IMG/VR virus record: IMGVR_UViG_3300000547_000002 | Span: 1 to 64,000 of that record | Origin: a virus | Length of the DNA stretch: 64,000 nt | Strand: one strand, 5' to 3' | Part shown: piece by piece, positions 35,686 through 46,800 of the stretch | How positions within the stretch are numbered: the first letter of the stretch is position 1 | Layout of the letters: each line of letters starts with the position of its first letter | Notes under the pieces: generated by a model | The model's database searches: none | Told to the model about the DNA's origin: nothing | What the model saw: only the letters and a program-made list of their open reading frames with translations | Program-made: the position numbers and the translations under genes

Positions 35686-37176
35686 TTAATCCTTTAAAAA
35701 TACCTCAATTAACTTTTCTTCGATGCTATCAGAACTTTCTAGTGCAATACCAACCATTCCGCCTTTTCCTGTCTGTGATGCTACACCATTTCCGTCTAAG
35801 TAAAGAGGCTTTCCTTTATCACACTCGCCTATAACTCTAACTGGCAATCTACCTTTCAAACCTATTGCTTGGCCAGAGCTATCTTCATTCATTAGATAGG
35901 CAGGTTTTTCTGACACTACACCTATAACAATATTATCTATATCCGCTGCACAGGTTTCGTGTTCGATGTGGCTACATATTGTCATTACAGTGCCAATAGG
36001 GTATTCTTCAGCGGTTGTATATTTTTCTGCTAAGTCCGCGTACTTTGCTGTTAAGGCAGTTCCTCTTAGTAAATTAACACGAAGATCTCCTGAATTGTCT
36101 CTTAAGGCAACCGTGTTAGGTTCAGCGTTAATATTTCCAGGATAATTAGTAGAATTAAAAACAACATTAATAGATTTTTGCGATGTCCCAATGATATTAT
36201 TAGCGTAAACATTATCAAAAGGTTCAGAAGAACTACCTATATCAATAGATCTAAGATTATCTGTTGAGTCTAATCCTGGTAAAACATTATCAGACTGAAT
36301 TCTGAGGCATTCATCTATAAATCCGCCCTGATCTTTAGCTTTGAATTTTATAACATTACCTATGTCATTTTGTACAACGCCTTCATTTGCGTTTTCTATG
36401 AAGATTTTAAGATCGTTATCTTCACCGATTGCTAAACCCGGATCACCAAAAGAAACAAGTTGAGTAAATTCTGCATTACCGACTTGGATATATTCTGAAG
36501 CTGCTACGCCTCCTAGTTTTTCTGAGTCAGACGCAGTCCCCCAATATACAAAATTAGTTCCTATATTAGTGCGAATAGTTTGTCCACCTGTGCTCGCAGT
36601 TGTGTTAACAAGTGTTAGTCCTGGCTTTATTACATCAAAGCCTGGTATTGCATCGCTTATTGACAGAGTAAATTCTTCGTTAGAAACTGCATATACTACT
36701 TCTCCGTCTATTAAAGAAACAATTATAGAATGAGAGTTTCCTTGAGCATCTCTAACCGTGCGACTCTGCATTTGAGTAATATTTTCACCCGCATCTTGTG
36801 GTCCTATTAGTACAAAATTTGATCCGTTGTATGCAAATAATTGTTCGTTATCTGTGTCCCACCAAAAATCGCCTTCGGTCAATCCTGCCGGTTCTGTGCC
36901 TGTGGTTTCTGCGCCGCCAGTAGTTCTCCATTTTGTTCCGTCATAGAATTTTAATTTTCTTGCCGCAGAATCAAACCATACTTGGCCACTTATTGCCCTA
37001 GGGGGAGGATTTGAACCAGCAAAATTTTCAAGGAGAAAAAGGAAATTTTCATTGTGTATTTCGCCATAACCAGCAAAATTTCTACCAACAAACCTTATAT
37101 CGGTAGTATTGTCAATTGTTCCATCTTCAACTATAGTTAAAGGTGTCTGATTATAGCGATCTATCTGGTAAGCCAT
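35686..37176 (-). CDS. tail fibre with C-terminal peptidase G2-like autocleaving chaperone
   Basis: Shared fibre N-terminus (GYGE..NENFL.LLENF); C-terminal YADLAEKY...GVVSEKP...GLKGRLPVRV. Confidence 0.7.
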   Translation of the reverse strand: MAYQIDRYNQTPLTIVEDGTIDNTTDIRFVGRNFAGYGEIHNENFLFLLENFAGSNPPPRAISGQVWFDSAARKLKFYDGTKWRTTGGAETTGTEPAGLTEGDFWWDTDNEQLFAYNGSNFVLIGPQDAGENITQMQSRTVRDAQGNSHSIIVSLIDGEVVYAVSNEEFTLSISDAIPGFDVIKPGLTLVNTTASTGGQTIRTNIGTNFVYWGTASDSEKLGGVAASEYIQVGNAEFTQLVSFGDPGLAIGEDNDLKIFIENANEGVVQNDIGNVIKFKAKDQGGFIDECLRIQSDNVLPGLDSTDNLRSIDIGSSSEPFDNVYANNIIGTSQKSINVVFNSTNYPGNINAEPNTVALRDNSGDLRVNLLRGTALTAKYADLAEKYTTAEEYPIGTVMTICSHIEHETCAADIDNIVIGVVSEKPAYLMNEDSSGQAIGLKGRLPVRVIGECDKGKPLYLDGNGVASQTGKGGMVGIALESSDSIEEKLIEVFLKD

Positions 37177-37198
37177 TTTAAAAATTTCCTCTTTAGCA

Positions 37199-37204
37199 TA
37201 TTTA
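37199..37204 (-). promoter_or_regulatory. TAAATA late-promoter motif overlapping the upstream stop codon
   Basis: The TAA of gene 37202 forms the first half of TAAATA; GAGG RBS follows. Confidence 0.5.
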
Positions 37205-39253
37205 TTCGAATATTGTAATCATTACATCACCGCCAGTGGTGCTAGGATGATTGTTTCCAGAAGCATTATCTACTGTGTAAATTTCTACATACGAAATATT
37301 TGATCTCCTAAACGACACAAAATGATCGACATCTGATGCTATTCCGTGAACTATATAATTATCATTGTCAAAATCTTCTTGAAAATTAATTCTGTATAAT
37401 CCGTTTCCTAACCTATTAACGCTTTGTACATTAAAACTATTACGAATTACGTGACTATTACCGTCAAATCTAACGTATGCTTTTACCTTGCCGAAATCAT
37501 CTAACTTTTGATCTAATAAATTCTGAACATAATCTTCTACATACCGTTTTGTAGCAGCATGTAAATCATTTACCGGATCATCGTGAAGGGTGATATAATC
37601 TGTAACTTCGCCGCCTGTTTTCCTAAAAAATACTGATTGGTTAAAACCTCCAACAGTGTCAGAGTTATCTGCTTGAATTGCTCTATCTGCTAAAGGTGTC
37701 CTGTCTGCTCGCTCTGCATCTACTGCTTTTCCGTCGATAGGTAAAAAACCAGTGGCTTCGATTCCGTCAAGCGTGTCTGCATCTAATCCTGATAAAGGTC
37801 CTTGGTTACCTTCATGCCAGACTTTGTTAGATCTAAAAGTAAGGCCGTTTGTTTGATCTTCAGGATCTAATTTCATAATTTCTACACTGCTAGTGTAGGT
37901 TGAATTTACAGTTGCCCAAGAAAAGTATTCAGAATTATCGTCTGTAATTTGAAACTCTAAACGCGAATTAGGATTTGTATTATCGTAAAATCTTACAGCA
38001 GCAGAATTGAATGCAGAGTTGTCCCATTGAAACGCAAGATCGGAACCTACTAATGTAAGACTACCGCTTACTTCGTCTCCGTTGCTTCTAACAAAGTCTG
38101 TGCTATCTAAACCGTCTAATTTATCTGAATCTACTGCTTGTGAAGCGGCAGGTAAGAAATAACTAGAATCAAAACCGTCAAGTGTGTCTGCATCAAGACC
38201 CGATCCTGAACCGTCGTTATTACTATGCCAAATCGTGCTGTTCCTAAATGACAAACCGTTAACACCATCTGCAGTATCAATTTTTAACAATTCATTAACG
38301 GAGCCATTATCGTTATTATAAAATAAAAAATTGCCTGTACTATCAACCTCGAACTGTAGCGAATTGTCTACATTTTTAATAGATAGTTTCGAATTGTTCC
38401 AGGTAATTCCTGTTTGATTTTCTGTAAAAGAGAGTGTTCCTGTTAGCGCAGTATTTTCATCGCTTCTTAAAAATTGATTGCTGTTTAAACCATCTACTAA
38501 GTTTGCATTAGATGCTGTGCCCCAAAACCAATAATCTGCAGGATCTGTAACTCCGTTTTCGCTTTGTGAATTTTTTAACGTAATTCCTTTTTTAATAGTT
38601 TCGAAACCGTCAATAGGAGTAGTATTACTAAGAGTAAATTCTTGATTAGAAATTATTTGGACGGTTTCTCCGTTAACGTATCCTCTTATAACTGCTCTAT
38701 CAGTGAAGGCATCGTCTTTAACTATTTCGCTTTGATATCTTGTTGTCAATGAGCCTGCTTTTTGAGGCCCGACAAGTTCGAAATCTGATCCTGTATGTGT
38801 ATAAAGCTGACCTGTTGAAGTGTTCCACCAAAGATCACCTTCTCTTAGATTGTCTGGTTGGTCATCTTGTGATTCGATTACGCCCAGAGTGCTATATTTT
38901 TCTCCATCATTATATCTTAATCTATTATCAGAAGTGCTTTTCCAAAGACTGCCTTCTGTTTGATCGGGCATTTGATCTGTTACAGCAATAACAGAGAGTG
39001 CTTCCCAGTCTTCGCCGTTATAAACTTTGATTCTGTTTTCTCTAGTATCGTGCCATAACTGTCCACTTAAAGGTCTAGGCGGCTCGTTGAGGCCAGAAAA
39101 ATTCTCTAAGAGAAAAAGAAAGTTTTCGTTTTGAACCTCACCGTAACTAACATAATTTTTACCCACTAACTTCAGATCAGTAGTTCTATCGATCGTGCCA
39201 TCAATAACTGTAGTTAATATCGATCTGTTATATCTGTTAATTGTGTATGGCAT
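37202..39253 (-). CDS. tail fibre protein
   Basis: Shared N-terminus; repeated LDADTLDG/DKLDG shaft motifs; HAATKRYV; C-terminal G.YRINF domain. Confidence 0.8.
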   Translation of the reverse strand: MPYTINRYNRSILTTVIDGTIDRTTDLKLVGKNYVSYGEVQNENFLFLLENFSGLNEPPRPLSGQLWHDTRENRIKVYNGEDWEALSVIAVTDQMPDQTEGSLWKSTSDNRLRYNDGEKYSTLGVIESQDDQPDNLREGDLWWNTSTGQLYTHTGSDFELVGPQKAGSLTTRYQSEIVKDDAFTDRAVIRGYVNGETVQIISNQEFTLSNTTPIDGFETIKKGITLKNSQSENGVTDPADYWFWGTASNANLVDGLNSNQFLRSDENTALTGTLSFTENQTGITWNNSKLSIKNVDNSLQFEVDSTGNFLFYNNDNGSVNELLKIDTADGVNGLSFRNSTIWHSNNDGSGSGLDADTLDGFDSSYFLPAASQAVDSDKLDGLDSTDFVRSNGDEVSGSLTLVGSDLAFQWDNSAFNSAAVRFYDNTNPNSRLEFQITDDNSEYFSWATVNSTYTSSVEIMKLDPEDQTNGLTFRSNKVWHEGNQGPLSGLDADTLDGIEATGFLPIDGKAVDAERADRTPLADRAIQADNSDTVGGFNQSVFFRKTGGEVTDYITLHDDPVNDLHAATKRYVEDYVQNLLDQKLDDFGKVKAYVRFDGNSHVIRNSFNVQSVNRLGNGLYRINFQEDFDNDNYIVHGIASDVDHFVSFRRSNISYVEIYTVDNASGNNHPSTTGGDVMITIFE

Positions 39254-39274
39254 TTTGTATTCCTAAAATTATTA

Positions 39275-41146
39275 CTAGCTTGTAGATATCCATGACCAAG
39301 CTCCGCTTACTACTTGGAAAATCATAGTTTGCCTGTTCGGAGTAAGATTTACATCGCCAGACGCTGGGTCGAAATCAATATCTTCTACAACAGATACAGC
39401 ACTACTGTCGTCACTTATTACGCTAATTCTTGAAATATCTGCTGCTGCTTTGACGTTTACATCAGAGACAGTTGCACTATTGTAATTTAAACAATGAATT
39501 CTAGCAAAGACTCCATTTTCTTTTTCGACTGCCGGAGAAATAGTTTCTAGAATATCTTTTACATCGTCATACGGATTAGACACACTTGGTGCAGATAAAG
39601 CAGTAGTGTCCAAAGAAAGAGACACTGCTGTAGATGCTACTGTTTCGTCTACGTATTTTTTAGTTGCGGCGTCTTGAGAATCTGTAGGATCGATGAGATG
39701 TGTAATTTTAGTATTACTTACAGACACATTGTCGAAAGAATCTAATATTAATGCAGAAGATTGAGTACTGATTGTGTTTCCGTCTATTTTAACGTTGTCT
39801 ACGTCTAGATAATCTAGCTGGCCAATTTCGGTTAGTCCTGGAGCCGTTGTTACTCCTGCTCCGAGCTGTGTCTTAGATAATACAATAGAGTCGTCAATTT
39901 TGTAATTTTTGTTTATATCTAAATTAAAATCTAAATTAGACGTCCAGGCTTTTATAGAATCATTGTACGTAATATTTTTATTGCCTTCTGACGATCCTAC
40001 AATAATACCTGCGCCGTCTACGTTAGAATCGTTTCCTACAGTACCATCACCTAATAAACCTAATTCTATATTTTTATCTTCTACCCTTAATGTGTTTACA
40101 TTGATATAAGTTGTGTTACCGTTTACAGTTAAATTGCCATCTACCGTTAGGTTTTGTGATACAGCAAGATCTCCTTCTACATCTAATTCTGTTTGAGGAT
40201 TTTCTTTGTATATACCTACACGGCCATTTTGGCCGTCGATGTATACCGCATTTCTATAACTGCTTCCTACAATAGTTTGCAGAGCGATGTCGCTATTTTG
40301 CTGAACCGTTCTTAAAACTGTTGTATTAGTATTATCCAGTCTTAATTGAGAATATATTGTCGAACCGTTTCCTAACAGAAGACCAAAAGAATTTTGCAAA
40401 GTAAGGCTGCCGTCTATTTGTGCATTTCCAGAAGACGCAACAAAGTCACTAGCAGATCTATTGTTACCTTGATCGTCAGTTAAAGTTAAAGCACTGCGAG
40501 CTACACCTCCGAATCCAATAGAAGAATCAACAAGATTAAATCCCTTTTCAAAAAGTTGACGTCTTGGAAAAATTGTATCGTTAGGATCGTCGGGATATCC
40601 TGCGATTTTTTGTCCAGCAGCTAATCTAAAAGTAGCGTCTGTAAAAGCAGCAAATAATCTTCCTCCTATATATAACAATAGAATTGTTTGGCTACGTTCT
40701 GTTGTATCGATAACAGAAACTGTTTCCCAACCAGATTTTCCTTGAAATCTAGTATATAAAGGTCCTACTAACGTGTATTCGCCTTCTACGTTACCATCAT
40801 AGAAATAAAGTTGTCTATTTTCGTTATCTATCCATAAATTACCAATTGTTAGTTCAGGGCGATTAGCCGAAACTACCGGAGCTCCGGCTGGCACAAATAT
40901 TTTTCCGTTATAGATTTTCAATCTTTCTTCATTAGTATCATACCATAACTGACCTGCAATAGGATTGTTTGGCTCAAGACTGTTAGCAAAATTTTCTACT
41001 AAACGTATAAAATTTTCATTAAAAACTTCACCATAGCCTTTGTAATTACGACCAACAAGAGTAACGTCAGAACTTGTAGTATCTATAACTCCGTCGGCAA
41101 GTTCTACTAATAAATCACCATTTGTCTTGTTTAGTCTATATGCCAT
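39275..41146 (-). CDS. tail fibre-like virion protein
   Basis: Shared N-terminus; NLTVDGNLTVNG, VEDKNIEL and DAATKKYVD fibre motifs. Confidence 0.75.
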   Translation of the reverse strand: MAYRLNKTNGDLLVELADGVIDTTSSDVTLVGRNYKGYGEVFNENFIRLVENFANSLEPNNPIAGQLWYDTNEERLKIYNGKIFVPAGAPVVSANRPELTIGNLWIDNENRQLYFYDGNVEGEYTLVGPLYTRFQGKSGWETVSVIDTTERSQTILLLYIGGRLFAAFTDATFRLAAGQKIAGYPDDPNDTIFPRRQLFEKGFNLVDSSIGFGGVARSALTLTDDQGNNRSASDFVASSGNAQIDGSLTLQNSFGLLLGNGSTIYSQLRLDNTNTTVLRTVQQNSDIALQTIVGSSYRNAVYIDGQNGRVGIYKENPQTELDVEGDLAVSQNLTVDGNLTVNGNTTYINVNTLRVEDKNIELGLLGDGTVGNDSNVDGAGIIVGSSEGNKNITYNDSIKAWTSNLDFNLDINKNYKIDDSIVLSKTQLGAGVTTAPGLTEIGQLDYLDVDNVKIDGNTISTQSSALILDSFDNVSVSNTKITHLIDPTDSQDAATKKYVDETVASTAVSLSLDTTALSAPSVSNPYDDVKDILETISPAVEKENGVFARIHCLNYNSATVSDVNVKAAADISRISVISDDSSAVSVVEDIDFDPASGDVNLTPNRQTMIFQVVSGAWSWISTS

Positions 41147-43201
41147 TTAGTTTCTTCCGGTGTATATAATATATGTTACTGTAAGTGTAGGATTCATTAC
41201 ATCCAATGGTTGTCCTAAATCGTCGTTAGTCAAAACACCGCCAGTTTGTGGAAATGCTTGACCTTGGCCATCGCCATATGGTAATGGAAAGTCCTCGACG
41301 TTAGGATCAGGTGTTAAATCTTCAATTTCTCTTACAGCATAAAACGTTTTACCTTCGCTATCGCGCAGATCGTGTTCGTGTTCAGGCAAATTATCAACAG
41401 ATATATTTTTGAATTCTGAACCGCCTTTCTGTCCAACAGCCTCTGCATTTTGTGCAGTTACAACATCAGCATCTACGCCTCCCATATTGTCTGCACCTAG
41501 CGGTAGTCTTCCTCTAAAGTCTGGAACTTTAAACAAACCAGCTTGTGCAAGACTTCTTCCTTGCGGATCTGTTTCTGATGTAAGATTTCTAGATCCAAAA
41601 CTATAACCGATAATGTTAAATAATTCCGCATATTCAGATTGGCTATATTCAGACCCGTCACATAGTAACCATCCAGCAGGAGCAGTAATACCGGCATAAG
41701 GCATAACTACACCCGGAGGATTGACAGGAATTCTTTCAAATAGGTTACTTACAGAAATCTTAAATAGTCCTGTATCCCCTGAGGTTCGATTTATAATAAC
41801 TTCGTCGTCAGACAGACCAACTTGTGTTCTTTCTTTAGAAGAAATAAAATCAGTGTTAATTGTAGTGTTAAACACCTTATTAGATCCGCCTGTCTGTCCA
41901 TCAAATACAACATTTTCAGAAGCAACGTCACCGGCTAGAGAAAATGTAGTTCCTGAAGTTAGCCTGTCTGCTGCTTCGGCATTGCCAATTACTGTTCCTG
42001 TTACATTACCAACTAACCTTCCTACAAATTGAGTAGCGTAAACATTCTGCCATTTTGAACTTGCTGACCCCAAATTACGAGTATTATTACCGTCTGGAAT
42101 GACATTGGCAAATGTTGCTAAATCTGAAAAGGTAGATTCTCCGCCTACATTAAGATTTTTAGCAATTCCTGCGCCGCCTTTTGTTACAATTGATCCGCTG
42201 TTTATGTTTACGCTTTGGTCTACTCCGTCTACTAATAGAGCAGAATCTGTTTTTATATTTCCTAATACATCTAACGACTCGTCTGGAGATTCATTGTTTA
42301 TACCTACATTTCTACTTGCATCAACCCGAATAACCGTTCTAGACGAACCTCCTGCTCTTACCCTGAGGTCAATATTTGACCCTTCGATTCTATTTTGTAT
42401 TATACTTGCTTGTCCTTCGACAGATAAACCGAAGTTAGCATCTGTTCCTATCAACATACCTCCGTCATTTTGCACATTAATAGGAAAAGAAGTATTTGAA
42501 GTAGTATCGCCTCTTAAAAAGTTAGATCCATCTACAGGAACATTGTCGACAATCAGTGACTCTGCTTTTTCGGAAACTCCGTAAATTTTATTTGTGCCGT
42601 CACCGGTAATGTTTAGGTCTGCTAGATTAAATCCCGGACGTATAATATCAAATCCTGGAATGTTGGGATTAGGATTGATTTCAAAATCTGAGTATACAGC
42701 AACTATTCTTGCTCTAATTTCAACTACTACTACGGTGTATTCTACATTATCAGAGCCTGTTATAGTTCTTGGTGATACTCCTGTTGATAAACCATCAGCA
42801 AAACTAGGACCTACTAGAACCCAGCCAGAACCTGAATTTAGGTATAATTGCTGATTGTCAACATCTGCCCATAAGTCGCCCGGTTGTGCTCTAGTAACGT
42901 CAGGAGCATTGTTTGCTTTGTTAAGTCCTCCGGCAGGTACCCAACCTGTTCCGTCATAGACTTTGAGTTGTTCGCTTCCTGGAGAAGTATCGTACCATAA
43001 TTGTCCTTCTATTGCTCGAGGCGGTTCGAGTGGTCCTGAGAAATTTTCAAGTAGATGTAAAAAGTTTTCCGCAATAACGCCGCCGTAGCCAGTATAATTC
43101 CTGCCGGGCAGTTTTAGAGTTGTTTCTGTGTTAAGAGTGCCATCTACAACAACTATACTTCCGTTTGTTGGTTCATCTGTGTATGGTATTGTATAAGCCA
43201 T
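41147..43201 (-). CDS. tail fibre with phage tail-collar domain
   Basis: PPGVVMPYAG..APAGWLLCDG..Y..LF.IIG...FKVPDFRGR, LPEHEH, NPTLTVTYIIY. Confidence 0.85.
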   Translation of the reverse strand: MAYTIPYTDEPTNGSIVVVDGTLNTETTLKLPGRNYTGYGGVIAENFLHLLENFSGPLEPPRAIEGQLWYDTSPGSEQLKVYDGTGWVPAGGLNKANNAPDVTRAQPGDLWADVDNQQLYLNSGSGWVLVGPSFADGLSTGVSPRTITGSDNVEYTVVVVEIRARIVAVYSDFEINPNPNIPGFDIIRPGFNLADLNITGDGTNKIYGVSEKAESLIVDNVPVDGSNFLRGDTTSNTSFPINVQNDGGMLIGTDANFGLSVEGQASIIQNRIEGSNIDLRVRAGGSSRTVIRVDASRNVGINNESPDESLDVLGNIKTDSALLVDGVDQSVNINSGSIVTKGGAGIAKNLNVGGESTFSDLATFANVIPDGNNTRNLGSASSKWQNVYATQFVGRLVGNVTGTVIGNAEAADRLTSGTTFSLAGDVASENVVFDGQTGGSNKVFNTTINTDFISSKERTQVGLSDDEVIINRTSGDTGLFKISVSNLFERIPVNPPGVVMPYAGITAPAGWLLCDGSEYSQSEYAELFNIIGYSFGSRNLTSETDPQGRSLAQAGLFKVPDFRGRLPLGADNMGGVDADVVTAQNAEAVGQKGGSEFKNISVDNLPEHEHDLRDSEGKTFYAVREIEDLTPDPNVEDFPLPYGDGQGQAFPQTGGVLTNDDLGQPLDVMNPTLTVTYIIYTGRN

Positions 43202-43204
43202 TCA

Positions 43205-43816
43205 TTAAACCTCATTAAATCCTGATAGACTCTGCACTCTTACGGTATAATCTATCTGTATTAATCTATTCAAACTTTTCTGAACAGGATGAAATATTAC
43301 ATGTGTCAACAAACGCCCTTCGCCTGACGGTGTATATGCTCTTAGACCTAATTCGTCAAAGATAAAATCATCTTCTGTGCTAGAAGCAGTATCGAATGCA
43401 GATTGTCCTGCAGGCTCACCGTAATCTAACAAACAGGTTACTAGTATATCTGTGTAGTTTGTTCCTGATACGTGTCTTGTTTCTATTCGATTTCTAACAG
43501 GGTCAAGATTATTGACGGATCTGTCGTCTACTATCTTGGAAAATGTTTCGTTATACAAACCGGCGTTTGTTCCTGTAGAATTAGGTGTTAGATAGGTTAT
43601 AATACCAGTTTCGTTTACATTTGTTCCGCCGTTACCAAATGCCATATCCTGTATCCAACCTGTGCCTTGGTTGGCAAGACTTTCTGCTAAAGATATTGAT
43701 ATATTTTCATAATGTATGGCATTTCTTTTATCTACGTAAACTTCTTCATTTTCAGGGTCATATATTTTTATATGGCCTTGAAGTAAAACGCCGTTGTAAT
43801 CACTAAGTTCTGTCAT
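43205..43816 (-). CDS. baseplate/tail-associated structural protein
   Basis: MAFGNGG, FDELGL, LLTHVIFHPVQK, IDYTVRVQ; sits between the giant protein and the fibres. Confidence 0.6.
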   Translation of the reverse strand: MTELSDYNGVLLQGHIKIYDPENEEVYVDKRNAIHYENISISLAESLANQGTGWIQDMAFGNGGTNVNETGIITYLTPNSTGTNAGLYNETFSKIVDDRSVNNLDPVRNRIETRHVSGTNYTDILVTCLLDYGEPAGQSAFDTASSTEDDFIFDELGLRAYTPSGEGRLLTHVIFHPVQKSLNRLIQIDYTVRVQSLSGFNEV

Positions 43817-43833
43817 AATTCGTTCCTATAGTG

Positions 43834-43839
43834 TATTTA
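43834..43839 (-). promoter_or_regulatory. TAAATA late-promoter motif overlapping the stop of the giant gene
   Basis: CGA-TAA-ATA, then AGGAA RBS and ATG43816. Confidence 0.5.
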
Positions 43840-46800
43840 TCGAGGCAATTCAGTTGTCTGTGATAGCAAAAATTCTGCTACGTCACTATTGCTTTGTGCT
43901 AGCGGTGTTCCTATGTCGCTCCATAGAGAGCCTGTTTTCCTTACGATGCTTATTTTGATTCCCGGAGGCGGTGTTTCTGTAAGCCTTACATATTGTCCGA
44001 TATTTTTGTTTACAGCAAATTCTGCTTCACGGATTATGTCCCCTTCAGGAGAATCAAGTTCTTCATAGTTATAAACTCTGTAAGGAGTTTTTCGCAGTCT
44101 CTTTCCGCCTACAAAAACTTCTATATCTTGTGCTTCCCAGTACTCATATGGAATACTTGTATAGTTAATTACTCTTCCTGTACCGCTACCCACTCCGGTT
44201 GCGATAAATTCTGTGCCAGGAGAATTGTTTGCTGCTCCTATTGCGACAAAGTCTGTATCGCCCGACTCTTGAATAACATAACCTCTGCCTGGTGTAATAT
44301 CAGCTACAGATATTACTTCTGTCTCCTTATACCAATTGGTTTCTGACGCAGGATTAGGCTGTGGAGCATAAGGTAGTAGTATCTGTAGATATTCAACAAG
44401 CGCCGGTGCTACTGCGCTTGTTTGAGCAATGTTAAGCGGTGTTGTTGTAGCAGGATTTAATACAATCAAATCATATGCTCCTACAGGCAGTTCTGGTGTT
44501 ACAAATTGAAGAGTTTCTGAGTTGATATATGTAGTTTCGCATTCAGTTTCACCTACATGAACTACAACATTTTCTCTAAATCCTGTGCCTGTAACTGTTG
44601 CTGTCTGTCCTCCTAAAGGGAAAGCAGAATTATTGTTAAAGTCATATGTTATGCCTGTTATAGACACACCAGGCGAATTTTCAAATTCTACGAGACCTCT
44701 GCTATATCCGCTTGACTCTACAATAATAGTTTGTGTTTCGTCTTGATAAGGTAAATTGTTGGCGCTTCCTTGTTCAACAATTACGGTGCCTGCTTCATAT
44801 CTATCTTTCACGCCTGTTCCCAGTGTGCCTCTACGTAATTGAGTAAGTGTATTGCCTTGTTTAACAAAATATTCTATTCTTTCACCTTCAATGAATACAA
44901 TACCCGGCATTCTTGAATTGTAATTTGGGTCTGGCAATTCTGAAGCATCTATAACTTCAATGCGCTTATCGAACCAGTTTAGATCCTCCGCAAGTTGCTG
45001 TTTCTTACCAATACGCTTATAGTGTGTTCTGTTAAGAATATCTTTGAACTGCCTCCAAGCAAATATAGGTTTGACATCATTTGCTGCGAAGTGTATTATT
45101 TCTAGTTCGTCGCCGTCTTGAGGTATTTCAGCAAGTTTAACGGTTTCTCCGCCATTTTGAACAGAATAATCTACATTGTGATTAAGCAGATTGCCGTTTT
45201 TGACTACCCATACAGAATTTTTTTTCTGAGCGGGTTTAGTAAGGTTTATCACACCTTTTGACAATTGTTGATTTTCAAACCATTGAGGTGTGCCTTCTGC
45301 GATATTAGGATTAAGATTTACCGTTAAAACCTGTCTTTCTATGTTTTGAATGTCGTGATTAGAGAAGGAATAAACCTTGATTGAATCACCTTCGCTGTAT
45401 GGGGAATCTATATTAAGAGTTGGTTTGGTGCTGTCTTCACCTCTCTGTGGTATAAATTCGCCCGATTCGTCTATAAATCCGAAACGATATTCGCCTGTAT
45501 TCATTACAAACACTTCAAGAATATCGCCAGGCTGAGCTGTTCCTGTTACAAGGTTTATTACATTACCATTGACTACACCCGGTATATCAGTAGGATCGAA
45601 CGTAAAGTCTCCTGGATAGTTTAGAAGATTACCGTTTAGATAGACTTCTAGATATCTAGGATCTGTTGTGTCTGACGGAATTTGAGCTACGTCTAGCTGA
45701 TATGATAATACGCCTTCTTGTATTTCAAATTGTTTGTTATAAACAGAACGTAATAGTTTGTCATTAATAAACACAAGAACATTATTAACAGCAGGTTGTT
45801 GCGCAAATATATCATTTTCTAGCGTAAATTGCGTGGTAGAACCGTCTGCTACAAATTCATCTAATCTTACAATGCTGAGATTTGAATTTTCTATTCCACT
45901 TTCTGCTACCATTATATTAACAAAACTGTTCGCAGCAGGAGGAGAAGCAAATTTTACTATGGTATCTCCTGGACGATCGTAAGTTTCGTCTGCTTCTTGT
46001 AATTCAAAGGCTTTATCTACACCGTTTACGGTCACATATGCTTCCAAATCTTCGGAATACGCTGCTGGAATTAAGAATTCGCCAGTTTCTCCGTCGCCCT
46101 GGAACTGCTGAATATCAAATATTCTAGAACCGCTGTTTCCAAGATTAACAATGCTAACAACAGCGTTCGCAGCAGGAGCTGAATTGAAAATCACTGCGCC
46201 GTTTTGATAATCAACCACATAGTCTTGGCTGTCTTTGAGATCATGATCAACTTTTACAAACAGCGCGTCTCTATTTACAGGCGTTTCTCCTATGGAAAAC
46301 TCTGTTCTCGCACCGTCGGCTACAAAGTTTCTTACTTCAATGGAACTGCCGCCTGCGGCTGGTGATTCATATACCTGTATATCTAATGTATCCTGTAGCT
46401 GTCCAGGAACAATTTCTTCCGGTCCTCGAGATGTTGTTTCTGTGACAAATCCGTCACCGTCTATTTCTATTTCTTCTGCTAGAACACCGCGAGCATTTGT
46501 ATAGTTTAAACTACCGCCCGACAACGAAACATCATAAGAGTCTGGATCTGGTATGAACGAACCATCGCTTGTAATTTTTCTTACAATAATTGTAATAGAA
46601 TCTTCTGTGCTATCTTCGGGCGTAGTTGGTATATTCAACTCATCCAACTCAATTTGGGTAGTAGAACCGTCGCCTATTAAACTGACACAAGTTGCGTTTT
46701 CGTTTGTTTGATCCGCAGTCCCAAAATTTGGATCGTCCATCCTTTCGTTGCTTACGATGTTTCCGTTTGAGTCTCTCGCAACTCTATAGATGTTATAAAC

